64,000 nt of DNA from Monocercomonoides exilis PA203 (Eukaryota > Protista > Preaxostyla). The translations under genes and the position numbers were made by a program. Below are positions 51,781-64,000 of this stretch, piece after piece; position 1 is the stretch's first letter, and every line of letters starts with the position of its first letter. The notes beneath the pieces are model-generated. The model worked only from the letters and a program-made list of their open reading frames with translations. It searched no databases and was not told the origin of the DNA. The stretch is from the NCBI GenBank assembly GCA_001643675.2, contig LSRY02000001.1, positions 2,232,001 to 2,296,000 of the forward strand. The letters are read 5' to 3'.

Positions 51781-53818
51781 TAGAGTGATTTATAAACCCG
51801 AACTTTTTTTTAATTTAGGTTTGAAATAAGAAAAATTTATTTTCAAGCAATCATGTTTTTATTATGAAAATTGAAATGATCAATAATAAACATTATCAAT
51901 GAATTCTCTTTTAACAATTTTTCTGGAATTTTTCTGCTTTGATTCATCATCCAAAATATCATCATTTAAAATGTGGGATTTATTAAATCTTCTTTTTTGG
52001 GGCTTTTCAGCTGCGAAAAGAATTTTTTCTTCTTTTTCATCACTATTATCTTTTCTTTTCTTATCTTCTTTCATTTTCTTTTCTTTTTTCCATTCTTCAA
52101 GAAATTTTTATTCAGTAATAATTTTTCCATAAAAATCAAACCTATGTGTTCTCTTTTTCAGTGTCACTGAAGGTTCCTTTGGAAGTGTTGATAGTACTGA
52201 ATGCCACTCGTTTGAAAGCACGCCGCTTTTCTTGAACGAAGAAACAACAGTTGCAGGAAGTTATGCTGTCTGAAGAGCTTGTGGAAGGACGTTGGAAATG
52301 GCCTCACGTCGAAGAGAAATGGAAGAATCTGGAGGCACAGAGTAAAGAGAGTTGATGCATTTTTTGAGGACAGCAAACACACCACGATCAAGAGGTTGTG
52401 TGATGTGTGAACTGTGTGGAATAAAAGTGACGACGTCAATGTTGTTATCAGCAAATTTCTGCCATATGTCAGGCTGAGCCCGAGAAGAGTGAGAATTTAA
52501 AAGAAGAAGACATCTCCCATTAATTTTCATTAATATTTTCCTTCTTTCAATGATTCCAGTTAATAAAACCTCTTCTGCGTATCTTTGAAATATGCTTTCC
52601 GTCATCCATCCATCGTTGTTATCCCAAACATCAATGAATGCGCTCAGAAAAACTCGCGTTTCATATGGTTATTTGTGGCATGGCCACAACACAACGCTTT
52701 CGAGAGATTATCCATCTGAAGCAGCTGTTACAACCAAAGTGGCATTTGGCATGTTTGCAGGTGTTGTATGAAATCCAGCTGGGACTCCTGAATGGTGAAT
52801 CACCAGAGTTTTGAAGGAATCAGATAAGCGGAGTGAAAAATAATCAGTGTTAAAGATCAAAGAAGGAGAATAATGATGTTAATTATGAAGATTTTGCAGA
52901 AGCTCCTAAAAGGGAAAAAGAGCTTGTTAGTTGGAGAACGAAAGACGTTGGTTATCCACATTTCTGAGCATGGACACTTTGAGCTCTGAATTTCTTTTTC
53001 GTAAAATAAGGATGTGCTTTGGACACACTGGCGTTTTCATCAACATCAGTTTCTGATCGTCTTTTTTTGTCGGAAAGAACGGATTCCATCTGAAACATAT
53101 TTATAATTATAAACGAAAGATAAATAAATGTGAAATCAAACTAATTCTCTTGTTCTCTTTGCATTTAAACTTGTTCCGGATAAACTTTCGATTTTAATAA
53201 CTCCAACAATTATATTTTTGTCCTCTTCATTGAATAGTTCTGGCCTGCCAGGTTTTGCAACAGCTCTGCCGCTTTCAATTGCTGAAACTGCTCTAATTAT
53301 TGCTGAACGAGAGAACTCTTTGGTATTTATTGCATCAACGATTCTGACATGTCCATCAACAACAATACGTGCCATGCGTTCTAATCGATTTTCAATTCTT
53401 CGATATTCAAATGACATCATTTTTTCTCGAAGAATTAACTGTCCACGTTCTTTTTTATTTTTAACAACACTCATAACAAAAAAATTCTGGTAATGATCAT
53501 TTTTTATTTTTAAAAAAAAATTTTTTTTGTAATGAAAAAAAATTAAAAAAAATATTTTCGATTAAATTCTAACTTAGTCAGCCCCGTTGCTATTACCTAA
53601 TCTCCTCAGGGGAGGCACTTATCAGAGATGGAGGAGCTAACCCCCCCATCTCCCCCCCATCAGAGATTAGGTATAGTAATTTAATCAAGAATTTCAGTCA
53701 TTGATTTTTCCTTATATACTGAAAACAATATAAAAAATATAAAAAGTGGGAAAAATCAACTTATTATTAAAAAAAAAGTCCGGGTTTTTAAAAAAGTTCG
53801 GGTTAATAAATCACCCTA
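51781..53818 (-). mobile_element. pogo/Tigger-like (DDE_1) transposon, copy 2
   Basis: Near-identical to 8944-10980; TIRs TAGAGTGATTTATAAACCCGAACTTTTTT and AAAAAAGTTCGGGTTAATAAATCACCCTA; TA precedes the left end. Confidence 0.9.
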
Positions 53819-55019
53819 ATATAACAATCAATAAAATAATGTGAAAATCAAAATTTTTTGTTAATAAATAATAGTAGCACACATTGAAAACTTTATGGAT
53901 TATCAATTTCAAGATAAACTGAAAATTATTATCACATATTCATCGAAAATTCTCAATTTTTATTTTGATCACGAAAACAGAATATATAATTATTTGTCTC
54001 AAAATGTTTTTTCTCATTGAGAAGTTTGCAACAAACTGATGAACATTAAAACGAGTTTTCCTTTTATAAATAAGAATTATGGAAACGGAATGATAGTTCA
54101 TTAACTAACATGGGTCAAATTTTTGATCTGATGTAACTTTTCAAAAAAATTTTGCCACTTATTCAACGATATTTATAAGATATTCTTCTGAAAAATTATT
54201 GATTTTTTATTCCTTGAAGGATAAAAAACTTATAAACTCAACATAATTTTTTCAACAATAATCCAATTCAAAATAGAGTTCATATTTTTCAGTTGCCAAA
54301 TTTCATCACATCCGTTATTTTGACTTTAATTTCAAAACAAAACATATTAAAACACTGATTTATTTTTTGGAAGAAATTTTGATCAACATATAATTATCAT
54401 AAACATTTATTTTCTTGGTAAACTGATTTTTAAACCAATTCATTCAAGTTACTCTATTATTAATTAACAAGAAAGAAACATGAAGGAATCAGTCTTGCCA
54501 TCAGCCAAATATTTTTTGTTTATGTTGAAAAAGCAGAAAAGAATGATTATTATTTCTTTATTGATAAAACTTTTCTATTTCAAATAATAAAACAAATTTG
54601 AAATTGCATGGAATATTCAATAACAACTAAAAATTCATCAAAAAATCAAAATAAATTCGATACAAGATAATAATTAGTATTTTACAAGATTTATATTTTA
54701 TTGGTTTTCATGAAGTCAAAAATTTCAAAAAAATATTTATTCATTCCTGTTAATCTTGATTTAATCGCAAAAAGTTTGCTTAATAAAAATTCTGTAAAAA
54801 AAATAATTAACAAATTAACTTTTTAAAGAATTTTTATCAGAAAATGAATTTAAATATATATTTTCAGAATTCAAATTACACACCTGTGACATGCCTGAAT
54901 AATTTGTATAGCTATTTGAATCAAAAGTAAAATTTGAATCGTCAAAAATAATCATAAATAAAATTCATAACTCCTTTTTTATTTTGTTTATTGCAATATT
55001 TTATTCAATTTTCAATAAC

Positions 55020-57240
55020 TTTCTTCACACCTTTTCCGAATTTTCCTTTTTCAAAATTAAAAATGTCATTTTTGTTATTATCTTTACTTTCAAAAATTTT
55101 TCTTTTTTTTGTTTCAAATTTTTTCTAAATTTTATATTCTATTTCAAACACACCTGAGCTATTTTCGCAGCTGATTGGCGAAATGAGAAGTTTCCCTGAA
55201 TCTTTTTTAAAAAACAAATAATTTTTCATACCTTTTATTTTCATTTCATTCAAGTTTGTTTCTTTTAATTCTTTGTGACAAAATAAATAAATAAATAAAT
55301 TCAAACAAAAAAAAATGCTTCGTTTCATTATTCTTTTTAACCTGATATTGAGAAGAAGAATAAAAAAAATTAAAAGAATAATTCAAACTGCATTTTGAGG
55401 AATCAGAAATGAAAAAAGAAGAATTATCGGATTTTGTGTATCATAAATAAGAATCACAATCATAACAAAAAAAATCAATTAAATTAAAAATATTATTTAA
55501 AACTTTATTGCCAAGTTTATTATTTATTAAATTTGTTAAAAAACCTAATTCGCTATCACATTCATTTTTGCCGTGATGTTCAGCAAAAAATGAAAGAAAG
55601 AAATGTTTATTTTTAAACAAAAAAGAATTGTTAGAAAGTTTTAAATTTAAAAAATGAGAATTACGGAAATGCGGCCCATTGTCGCAAAAAAAGTTAAAAG
55701 AATTAACATAAAAAAATATCAAATTGTAAAAGTTGTTTCAAACATTCACATACAAAACCATAATCATGTGATAAAATTTCAGAAAAATAATTAAAACAAC
55801 ATTTTTTTAGATTTCCGAAATTATCAACATAAAAAACAACAAAACACAAATGTGAAATTTGTTTCTTATTAAAAAATGATTTTCCAGTTTCATTATTAGA
55901 AATTGGTAAACACCAATTCTCTTTAAAATCCGTTAAAATAATAACTTCATTTTTTTTTGAATTTTCTTTATTCTCATAAATATTATTTGGGTTATACTTT
56001 TTGAAAAGTCGCAAATGTTCAATTTTCTGAAAAAACAAAAATTTCATATCTTGATCAAATTTCAGTTCCCGCTCATGCAACTTCACCAAAGCGGAGGATA
56101 TAATTTGACAATGCCATTTAACACATTCCTGTAAAGTTGAATGAGCGGGAACCGAAGTTTGATCGAGATATGATATTTTTGATTTATTTGAAAATTTAAC
56201 ATTTGCGACTTTTCAAAAAGAATTGCCCATTTCTTTGATGTTGGGCCATTTTTCGATGATGAATTGTTAAACTCAATTCATAACCTTCAGTTTGTCCAAA
56301 TTTTTGTCCTTTTTTTTCCTATTACTTTTTTTTCTTTTTCAATAAATTCTATCTCTTGCAAATCTCACACAAATCTGTCCTTTTCTTTGATTTTTTAAAA
56401 TATCTTGTTTTTTTGCAGAATGTTGAATAAGACATTTTTAAATTAATTTCTTTTTTCATTTCAAAAAATAAGTCTTTTTTTGTCTTTTTTATTAATCTTT
56501 TTTCATTTGGAGTAAAAACTCCAAAGCCTTTTCTTTTTCTTTTCAAATTGTTCAACAAACAAAAACTGCTTTCTAAATTTCCATCAACATGTCCAACATC
56601 CCTTCCTCCATCACACAACTCTTCCTCCATTTCAACTCTTCCTGCATCAAACTCTTTTTCCATATCATCTTCATCATTAGACACTCCAGCTCCGCTTTCG
56701 CTTCCAGCCCCAAATCCATCATCCCCGCCTATCCTTCCATCTTCTAATTCATCAGCCCGGCATTCACTTCCAGCTCCATATACTCCAGCATACCTTGAAC
56801 TTACATCGTTAAACGCACCATCCACTGCAAATCTATTAAGTTTGTTTTAGATTGTTTTTAATTTGTTGGAATTTCATATTGAATTATTGATATTTCAATA
56901 CAGCAAAGTTGCATAATTTGTTGATAAATAATTAATTAGAAAAAAAAATTTTTTTATATCAAATTGAAGTGTTATTATAATTATTTTTATTAATAATATT
57001 TTCATATTAATTAAAAATTCATATAAAATTATTACGAATTTCAATTTTTGAGCATCATTTGTATTTTTTCCTACAAATTTCACATATATTCAACCATTCG
57101 AAACTTTTCCATCTTTTATCAAATCTTTTTAACTTTATTTTTTGTAATAATTCACTTTCAATTCTTTGATAACACGAGAATATAATAAATTTTTTCTTTT
57201 CAATTCACCAAAATAATATCCTCGTCCTTTACACCATAAA
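55020..57240 (-). pseudogene. Sola2-like DDD transposase pseudogene without a USP domain, interrupted by a MITE
   Basis: KMSYSTFCKKTRYFKKSKKRTDLCEIC, LTDFKENW, NYFSEILSHD, FCDNGPHFRN, FFAEHHGKNECDS, IKGMKNYLFF. Confidence 0.78.
55989..56228. mobile_element. MITE family A inserted in the Sola2-like transposase
   Basis: GGGTTATACTTTTTGAAAAGTCGCAAATGTT ... AACATTTGCGACTTTTCAAAAAGAATTGCCC with ATTT TSD; removing it restores the frame HQRNNIYENKE. Confidence 0.88.
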
Positions 57241-58415
57241 CAGATAAAAAATATTTCTATTTCTTTTCCATTAAACTAAAAAAAATTTATATTATTACAA
57301 TATTCTATTAGTACAAAAAAACAAAAATTTTTTATCATTACATTTTGATTTTTTATTCATAAAAAAAAAAATTTGATTTTTAAATTAATAATATCTAAAA
57401 AATAGATTAATTTATAATTTTGTCTCTCAATTGTTTCAAATATTCAAAAATAAACTTTCTATTAAAACACATTTCTTTTTTTATAAGATTATCAAATATT
57501 TCGCTTCAAATAATATAGAATTAAATATAAACAAACTTTTATTAAAATGTGATTCTTCAAAGAAAACTTATTCAAAATAATTAACAAATATTTATTTTCT
57601 TTAAAAAATGTTTAATATGTGAAGATATTTTTTATTGAAATACTGTAAATAGCATAATTCATTATATAGAATTTATTTTTATTTTAATTAATGATATTTA
57701 ATTGTGTTAATAAAAATCTAGATATATAAAACAATTTAAAAGAATTTTTTTCCATATTTGTTGTTGAACGGTTTCGAGAAATTCTATTTATAGAATTTAT
57801 TTTTATGTTTTTTCTGGGAATTGAAGATAACATTAATGAAATTTTGATATATTTTTAAATATTCATTTTATTGATGAATTTCATTTAATTCATTTAATAA
57901 AAACTAAATATATGATTTTTGATGCTTTAGTGTATTTTTTGATTTTTCGAAAGATGAAATAATTTGAAGATATGAATTGATAATATTGTTTTTAAGTTGT
58001 GGATTTTCTATTAATTGTGTGTCAGTAATGGTGTATTTTTTGATTAAGTTGTTTTAAATGTTATCTTCAACAAGTTATGCTTTGCAGTTTAAAAATTGAA
58101 AAATATTGATTATGTGATCAAAAATTTGAGAGAAATCGAAAATGGAAATAAATATTTAATTTTTTCTATAACTTGTATGAATAAAAAAACAGTATTTTCA
58201 TGAGGGTTGTAACTTTCATTTTTGAATAAATTAATTATTGAGAAGAAGAAGATGGTGTATTTTGAGTCTGTTAGATTTGAAAAAGAAGAACTATGTTCCT
58301 TTTAATCTGAGAAATATTATTCGTAATCTTTTATATAATCATCAAATTTCTTCATAAAATTTTACGACTTCTATTTCACCCATGCTCAGCCAAGATTTTT
58401 AAGACCAAAGCAGTA

Positions 58416-59840
58416 TTACTTCCAAGTTATTTCCACCACACTGTTCCTTGCTGCTTTTTGAATTCTCACAGGTTTCACGCATTGTCTCATGCTCTGGTTC
58501 CACCATCTTTTGCACTCGTCTACAACAAGTTTGGCCACACCTCTTTGTATCCCCCCAGCGGAAGAGATTCTCCAGTCTTTCTTAGTCCTTCTCCTGGTAT
58601 TAGTACCTCCTTTGAATCCTTCCGCAGTATCTGACGAGTAATCAACTCCTCCAAAAGTGGGCTCCACAGTTGATTCTTCAATGAAGGAAGAAGAATAATC
58701 GCTCTAGTCCTCTCCGCTTTCGCTTTCTTCAGGAAAGGGATGATATGCGGAATCGGAGGATGAAGCAGAACGACACATCTTCCCCAATCCGCAGCGAGAC
58801 CGTCAGTGCACCAAGTGCTTCCCGGACCATACCAGATCACACACCTTCTGTTTATACTGTTTGCGAATGCATCAACCATGGGTGCATTTTCCTGCGCTCA
58901 CTGTGCTTTACTTTGTGCTCGAGCGGTTATCTCGTGATCTCCTGCTGCTGCCGTCCGGAATAGGGTGTCTGCCTTGATATTCCTTTCTCCTGGAATGTCA
59001 ATTGCATTCACTGTCAGAGCCATCGATTGACGTACAGATCGAATTTTTCTCAGCAGAGAAATCAGGTTGGTGCCCGCTCTACATCTGTTGATATTGAAGA
59101 TAACCGATGTTTTGTCCGAATGGAGGAGGAGATTGTAGATATTGTGTTGCACAAGGCTAGAGGAAAATCTGTTGAGTGCAAGGAGAACAGCCGAAAGCTC
59201 TCTGTAATTCGATGTTTGTTCTGTGAAAGTTCTGTTGAGCTAAGAGATTTGTGGATATGTTGGATGTTTCCTGCAATATTCAAGGTTGCTCCCACTGCAA
59301 ATGGAGATGCGTCCGTTGTAAGAACAGCCTCCGGGCTGGCAAAGTCCACCAGCCTCCTGCTGAACCTCGTATTCAGTCTCTGTAACCATAGCTCCAGTTG
59401 CCTCATCAGACTTCCGTTGAGGCACACCTCCCCATTCCAACCCGATTCTCTCATTCCTCTGTTGAGAACAGCATATCATCTGATCATGTTTAATCTTGCG
59501 TCTTTGAAAACGAAGCGCATAGTGCTGAGTAGTCCTATGAAGGACGCTAAATCCCGCACCTTCACTGTCTTGCTGCACTTCACTCGCTTCATCCATTTCA
59601 CACATTGTTTTCTCAGCTCTCTGCATCGCTTGTCTTCTTGTCTTTCCGTCATCTGTTCGCTGTCCCATCTCTATCCGAAGTTATCGAAGTGTCTTTTTGG
59701 TTGAAGTTCGCTCTACTCCGCATTCACTAACTGGCATTGTTGTCCCAATCTATTCATGATTTCATCTGTTGAGCTTTTCATGGAATCCTTGTTCTGTTTA
59801 ATTATGGAAATGTTTTCCAAATAATAAACACAAATTGCTT
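58416..59840 (-). mobile_element. DIRS-like (tyrosine-recombinase) retrotransposon remnant: RT end, RNase H, Dam-like methyltransferase
   Basis: Degenerate YLDD (YYLEN), RNase H LTTDAS..VGA, HSD..IPGERNIKADTL, MTase VDAFA..N...DGLAADW...HPPIP.I...L.K...IILLP...Q.WSPLL; frameshifted. Confidence 0.8.
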
Positions 59841-59986
59841 TTAATCACTTTCCTAATTTGAATTTACCCAAAATTTTGATTTTTTTTTAAATTTGATTAA
59901 ATTTAAGAAAGAATTTCAGTGATTATTTATGTGTTCATCACTTATTTCAAAGTGTTAATTTTGTAAATGTTTTTTGTTATAATTTT

Positions 59987-60232
59987 TATGTCAATATTTT
60001 TTTGAAAAGTTCCTTTTGTTTAATTTTCAAATAAAGAAAAAATTTCATATTTCAATCAAATTTCTGTTCCCAATCATGAAAATTTAAAAAAATGGAAATA
60101 ACTACATTGTCAAGCTTAAGTTTTAATAACTGCATAATTTGGTGAGTGAGAACAGAAATTTGATCGAAATAAAAAATTTTTTCTCTGTTTGAAAATTAAA
60201 CAAAAGGAACTTTTCAAAAAAATTTTGACATA
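59987..60232. mobile_element. MITE related to family A, termini diverged
   Basis: About 100-bp inverted arms TGTCAATATTTTTTTGAAAAGTTCC / GGAACTTTTCAAAAAAATTTTGACA; internal ATCAAATTTCTGTTC resembles the 55989 element. Confidence 0.65.
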
Positions 60233-60859
60233 TTGTGATAACTGCAATTTACAAAAAATAATCATTCATTTGAATTTTTATTTTAAATAATAATAATTAT
60301 TATTAACAAAAAAATTAAAAAAACTCAAGTTTCTATTTTATGTGTTAACTCCTCATTGTGTTCTCTTTCTTTGTATTCTGAATGAAATTTTTCAATTCAT
60401 AACTTTTGATTTGAATTACATGATTCCAAAAATTTTTATTCGAATGTTAAAAATTTTTCTTTCACTCAATTTTAATGATTTTTCAAAAAAATTGATAAAA
60501 CAATTTGTAAAAATTGTGTTCGACTTTTCATATCATATTGTTTATTTTAATGTTAATTTTTAAAAAAATGAAACTCTATTTTTTTCGATTTTCAGAAAAA
60601 TAAAATTGGAAAATTAAAATTAATTGTTTATTGATTTCACAACTATGATAAAAATTTCGTAATGAAAAAATGGTTTGTTTATTATTTTTTTATTTTTATT
60701 TTTATTTTTATTTTTATTTTTATTTTTTTTTTTAAAATTTCAAAACAAAAATCAATTTTATTTTTCTTGGATCGTGGAATTTTTCAAAATAATGGGTGGT
60801 TATTCAATTCTGTAGATTTTTTATAAGGAAATGAAAAATATTGAAAAATACAAATCATG

Positions 60860-62362
60860 AAAGTTTATTTTTTTATGGAAAAAAAACAACACATGAATAA
60901 AAACAATCAACAAACTCTTTCTTGTTAATTTTTCTTGAATTTTCTTGTTTTTTTTCATCTCCAGAAATATCATCAGAAAATAGATTTTTTCGTGGATTTT
61001 TCGTTTTCTATGTTTTTTCATCCTCAAATATTAATTTTTCAACAGCTGGGTTATTCTTTTTGAAAAGTCGCAAATGTTTAATATCCTGATTAAATAATAA
61101 CGTTCCTCATTTCATCAATTTTTACTGTTTATCCATCAAATTTCTCCACCATGCACTTATTCTTATATCAAATAGGTTAATGTATTCTTATTTGCAAAAT
61201 GTGAGAGATTGTTGATTCAATTGTGAAAAATGATCAAATAAGTTACATTTTTATTTAACCTGGTTATTAAACATTTGCGACTTTTCAATAAAAAATTACC
61301 CAGTTTTTTTGTTTTCGTCATTTTTTTTCTTCTTTTCTTTTATTTTCTTTTGATTTTTCTAATTCGTCCGAAAAGCCTAGGTTGGTAATCATTTTCCCAT
61401 GATAATCAAATCTGTAATTCTTTTTCTTTAGTGTGATAGAATGCTCATCAGGCAACGTGGATAGAACAGCATGCCATTCATTTGATATCACTCCACTTTT
61501 GACAAACGAAGAAACAATTGTTTCAGGCAATAATGCTGTTTGCAGAGCCTGATGAATGGCATCTTCAATTGCTTTTCTTCGAAGAGAGACAGATGAAGAA
61601 GAAGGAACGACACATTTAGTGTTAAAACAATTTTTGAAGACTGTGAATACTCCTCTGTCGAGAGGCTGAGTGAAATGCGTGCTGTAAGGGATGAAAGTGA
61701 AAACGTTGATAAAGGGATAAGTGAATTTTTGCTAAATGTGGGGGTGAGCAGTTGATAATTGAGAATTCAGACAAAGAAGGAGTCTTTCAATTTCTTTATT
61801 CAAAAGAGTTCGTCTTTCCATTATTTCTGGAAGGAAAACATCTTCTGTATATCTTCTTAATATTGCGTCTGTCATCCAGCCATCGTTATCTTCCCAAATA
61901 TTCATTAATGAGCTGAGTATCATACGCAGTTCGGCTGGAATTTTCTTAGAAGGCTATAAAACGATGCTTTTCAAAAAAACAACCGTCTGCAGCAGCTTCA
62001 ACGCACAATGTGGTATTTGGGATTATCATGGGTGTTTTTCTGAATCCAGCAGGTGAATCGGAAGGATGCACAACCAGCTTTTTGGTGGAATTTGAGAGGC
62101 GAAGTGAAGATTCGTGGGTATTAAATATCAATGAAGAAGAATAATTGTTGGTATTATGAAGATGTTGAAGAAGTTCGTAGAAAGGCTGGAGAGTTTGTTT
62201 GTTTGACACAGCTAATCGTTGAATATCAACGTTTCTTGGAAGAGATACTTTGAGGTGTGGATTCCTTTTTATGATTGAGTTGGGAGATGACTTCGATATT
62301 AAAACTTCTTTTTTTTCTTCTTCAAATAAATTTTTTTGTCTATCAGAAATTACATATTCCAA
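60860..62362 (-). pseudogene. Diverged pogo/DDE_1 transposase pseudogene, copy 3
   Basis: RNVDIQRL..LQPFYELL, LIFNTHE, WEDNDGWMT, LLLCLNS, PYSTHFTQPLDRGVF; C-terminus homologous to copies 1 and 2. Confidence 0.8.
61048..61301. mobile_element. MITE family A inserted in the 3' end of the pogo pseudogene
   Basis: GGGTTATTCTTTTTGAAAAGTCGCAAATGTTTAA ... TTAAACATTTGCGACTTTTCAATAAAAAATTACCC; flanks AGCT / AGTT. Confidence 0.8.
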
Positions 62363-63005
62363 CTAAAAAAAAAATTATATCGTTTTATTTATTTATATAC
62401 ACCAAAAATAATTCTTATTCAAAAAAATAATTCATTTTCGTAAAGGAATAAATCGATTTCGAAAATAAATATTTAAATTTCAAAATGAAAAATTTTTCGA
62501 TTTGTGGAATGAATAACTTTTGTTTGGTGTTTTTTATTCTCTTAATTTTTGTTTCATCATTTCACTTTGTCTATCAATATTAAAATAATGCATTTTCAAT
62601 TAAAGAATTCATTTATTTTGTATTCATATTTCTTTTATAGAAGTTTTTCAAAAAAAAAATGAATTCATTTTTGTATTAAAAATTGATGTTTTTCTATTTT
62701 TTCACCAACGAAACTTCTAAAATTTGTTGGTGAAAAAATACTTGTTTTTTGTTATTCAAGAAAATGTGATTTATGATTTATTATTTTTAATTGGTTATTC
62801 AATCGAAAGAATTTTTTGAATTTTTATTATCTTTTGAGTGATGATTATCGAAAATGAAAAAAATATTCAAAAAATTGATTTATTGATTGTTTCATTTTTA
62901 AAAACAGTTTTCTTTGAGTAATAATATTTGATTGGTTAAAAAATTACTTGAACTTTTCTGAAATCCATTCTCGAGATAAATTAAAATTCTCAGTTATAAA
63001 TGAAT

Positions 63006-63130
63006 TTCGAAATTGAAATATTCATTTTCGAAATTGGTTTATTCTTTTTCGATTTTGAATATTTCTTTTTCGAAATTGAAATATTAATTGCAAAATTGAA
63101 TTATTTTTTTTCGAGATTGAATTATTTTTT
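63006..63130. repeat. About six copies of a 21-bp tandem repeat
   Basis: Unit resembles TTCGAAATTGAATTATTCTTT with 21-nt periodicity. Confidence 0.6.
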
Positions 63131-64000
63131 GTGTATTAGTTTATTTTTATATTTTTATATATTTGTATATTTTTTATTTTTTTTTTTTCAGAAGTCATCC
63201 AAATATTATTTTGAACATGACAAAAACGTGGATATAAAATATTCATCTGAAAGTTATACTCCAAAAATAATACATTGTCGAAAAAATTGTTGACGAAAAA
63301 GAAAAACTTTCAAACGACATCGAAAATTTTTTTGAAAAATATATGTTATATAATGAGTATTCAATTGAAAATAAACACAATTCTTCTGTTTCTGTGAAAG
63401 AAACAAACATTGCTAATTTCAGAGTTTTTTATTGGTTAGTAATCTTCAGAATTTGAAAAAAAAACAAAAACACATTCTCTTAACATGATATAAATAATTT
63501 GATTTATTCTCAAAGAAATGATGTCTTTATAATTTGAAAAGAAAAAATCAAAAAGAGAGATCTGCAATAATCATTCTTCATTTGATTTGTGTAAAGCAAA
63601 ACTCTTCTGTTTCTAATTTATTGAAGAACAGAACGCTTTCAATTGAGATAAAAAAAAATATTACCAGAATTCATTTCATCTATAAATTGTGCAATAGTTC
63701 AAAAAAAGTACCAAAAAATATCGAAAGATGACACATGATTGAAATTACAAATATCATAGACATTTCAACTTAAATGTTTTTTAAGTTCAATTGATTTTTG
63801 TCAACTTTTTTTTCATTTGAAGTTTAAAGGATTTTCGACTTTGAACAAAAGTTTTTGGATTAAATAAAATTCATGGTGTAACTAAGTTATTCGAAAAATG
63901 AGTTGATACTAAATGGCGTTTTTATGCATATAAAATAACGTTAATTTTTTTTCGTGAAATTTTTGACATTAAATGTTCGATTTCAAAAAAAACAATCCAG

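Noticed and set aside
59027-59704. 225-aa plus-strand ORF
   Set aside because: It is antisense to the DIRS RT/RNase H remnant and has no motif of its own
1-64000. tRNA, rRNA or prokaryotic operons
   Set aside because: No such signatures were seen; GT-AG introns and the TE superfamilies indicate eukaryotic nuclear DNA

Overview
This is an AT-rich eukaryotic window with short GT-AG introns. Its lineage-specific gene families look like those of an oxymonad protist such as Monocercomonoides (inference from recall, not a database hit). Decayed mobile DNA dominates: three pogo/DDE_1 transposons (two near-identical 2.04-kb copies), two Merlin/ISXO2-type transposases, two Sola2-like DDD transposases, a 6.9-kb hAT element apparently carrying cargo plus a second hAT 5' fragment, DIRS-type retroelement remnants, and at least three MITE types. 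A near-perfect 6.6-kb palindrome occupies 29047-35671. Host genes are one spliced divergent Rab7-like GTPase, a ubiquitin-like domain with a C-terminal tail, and several frameshifted members of expanded surface-protein or ARM-like families. The most notable finding is the Sola2-like transposase at about 20.9-25.0 kb. It carries a complete ubiquitin-specific protease (USP/peptidase C19) domain, in the same reading frame, inside its linker. The related transposase at 55-57 kb has only a short acidic linker at that position.
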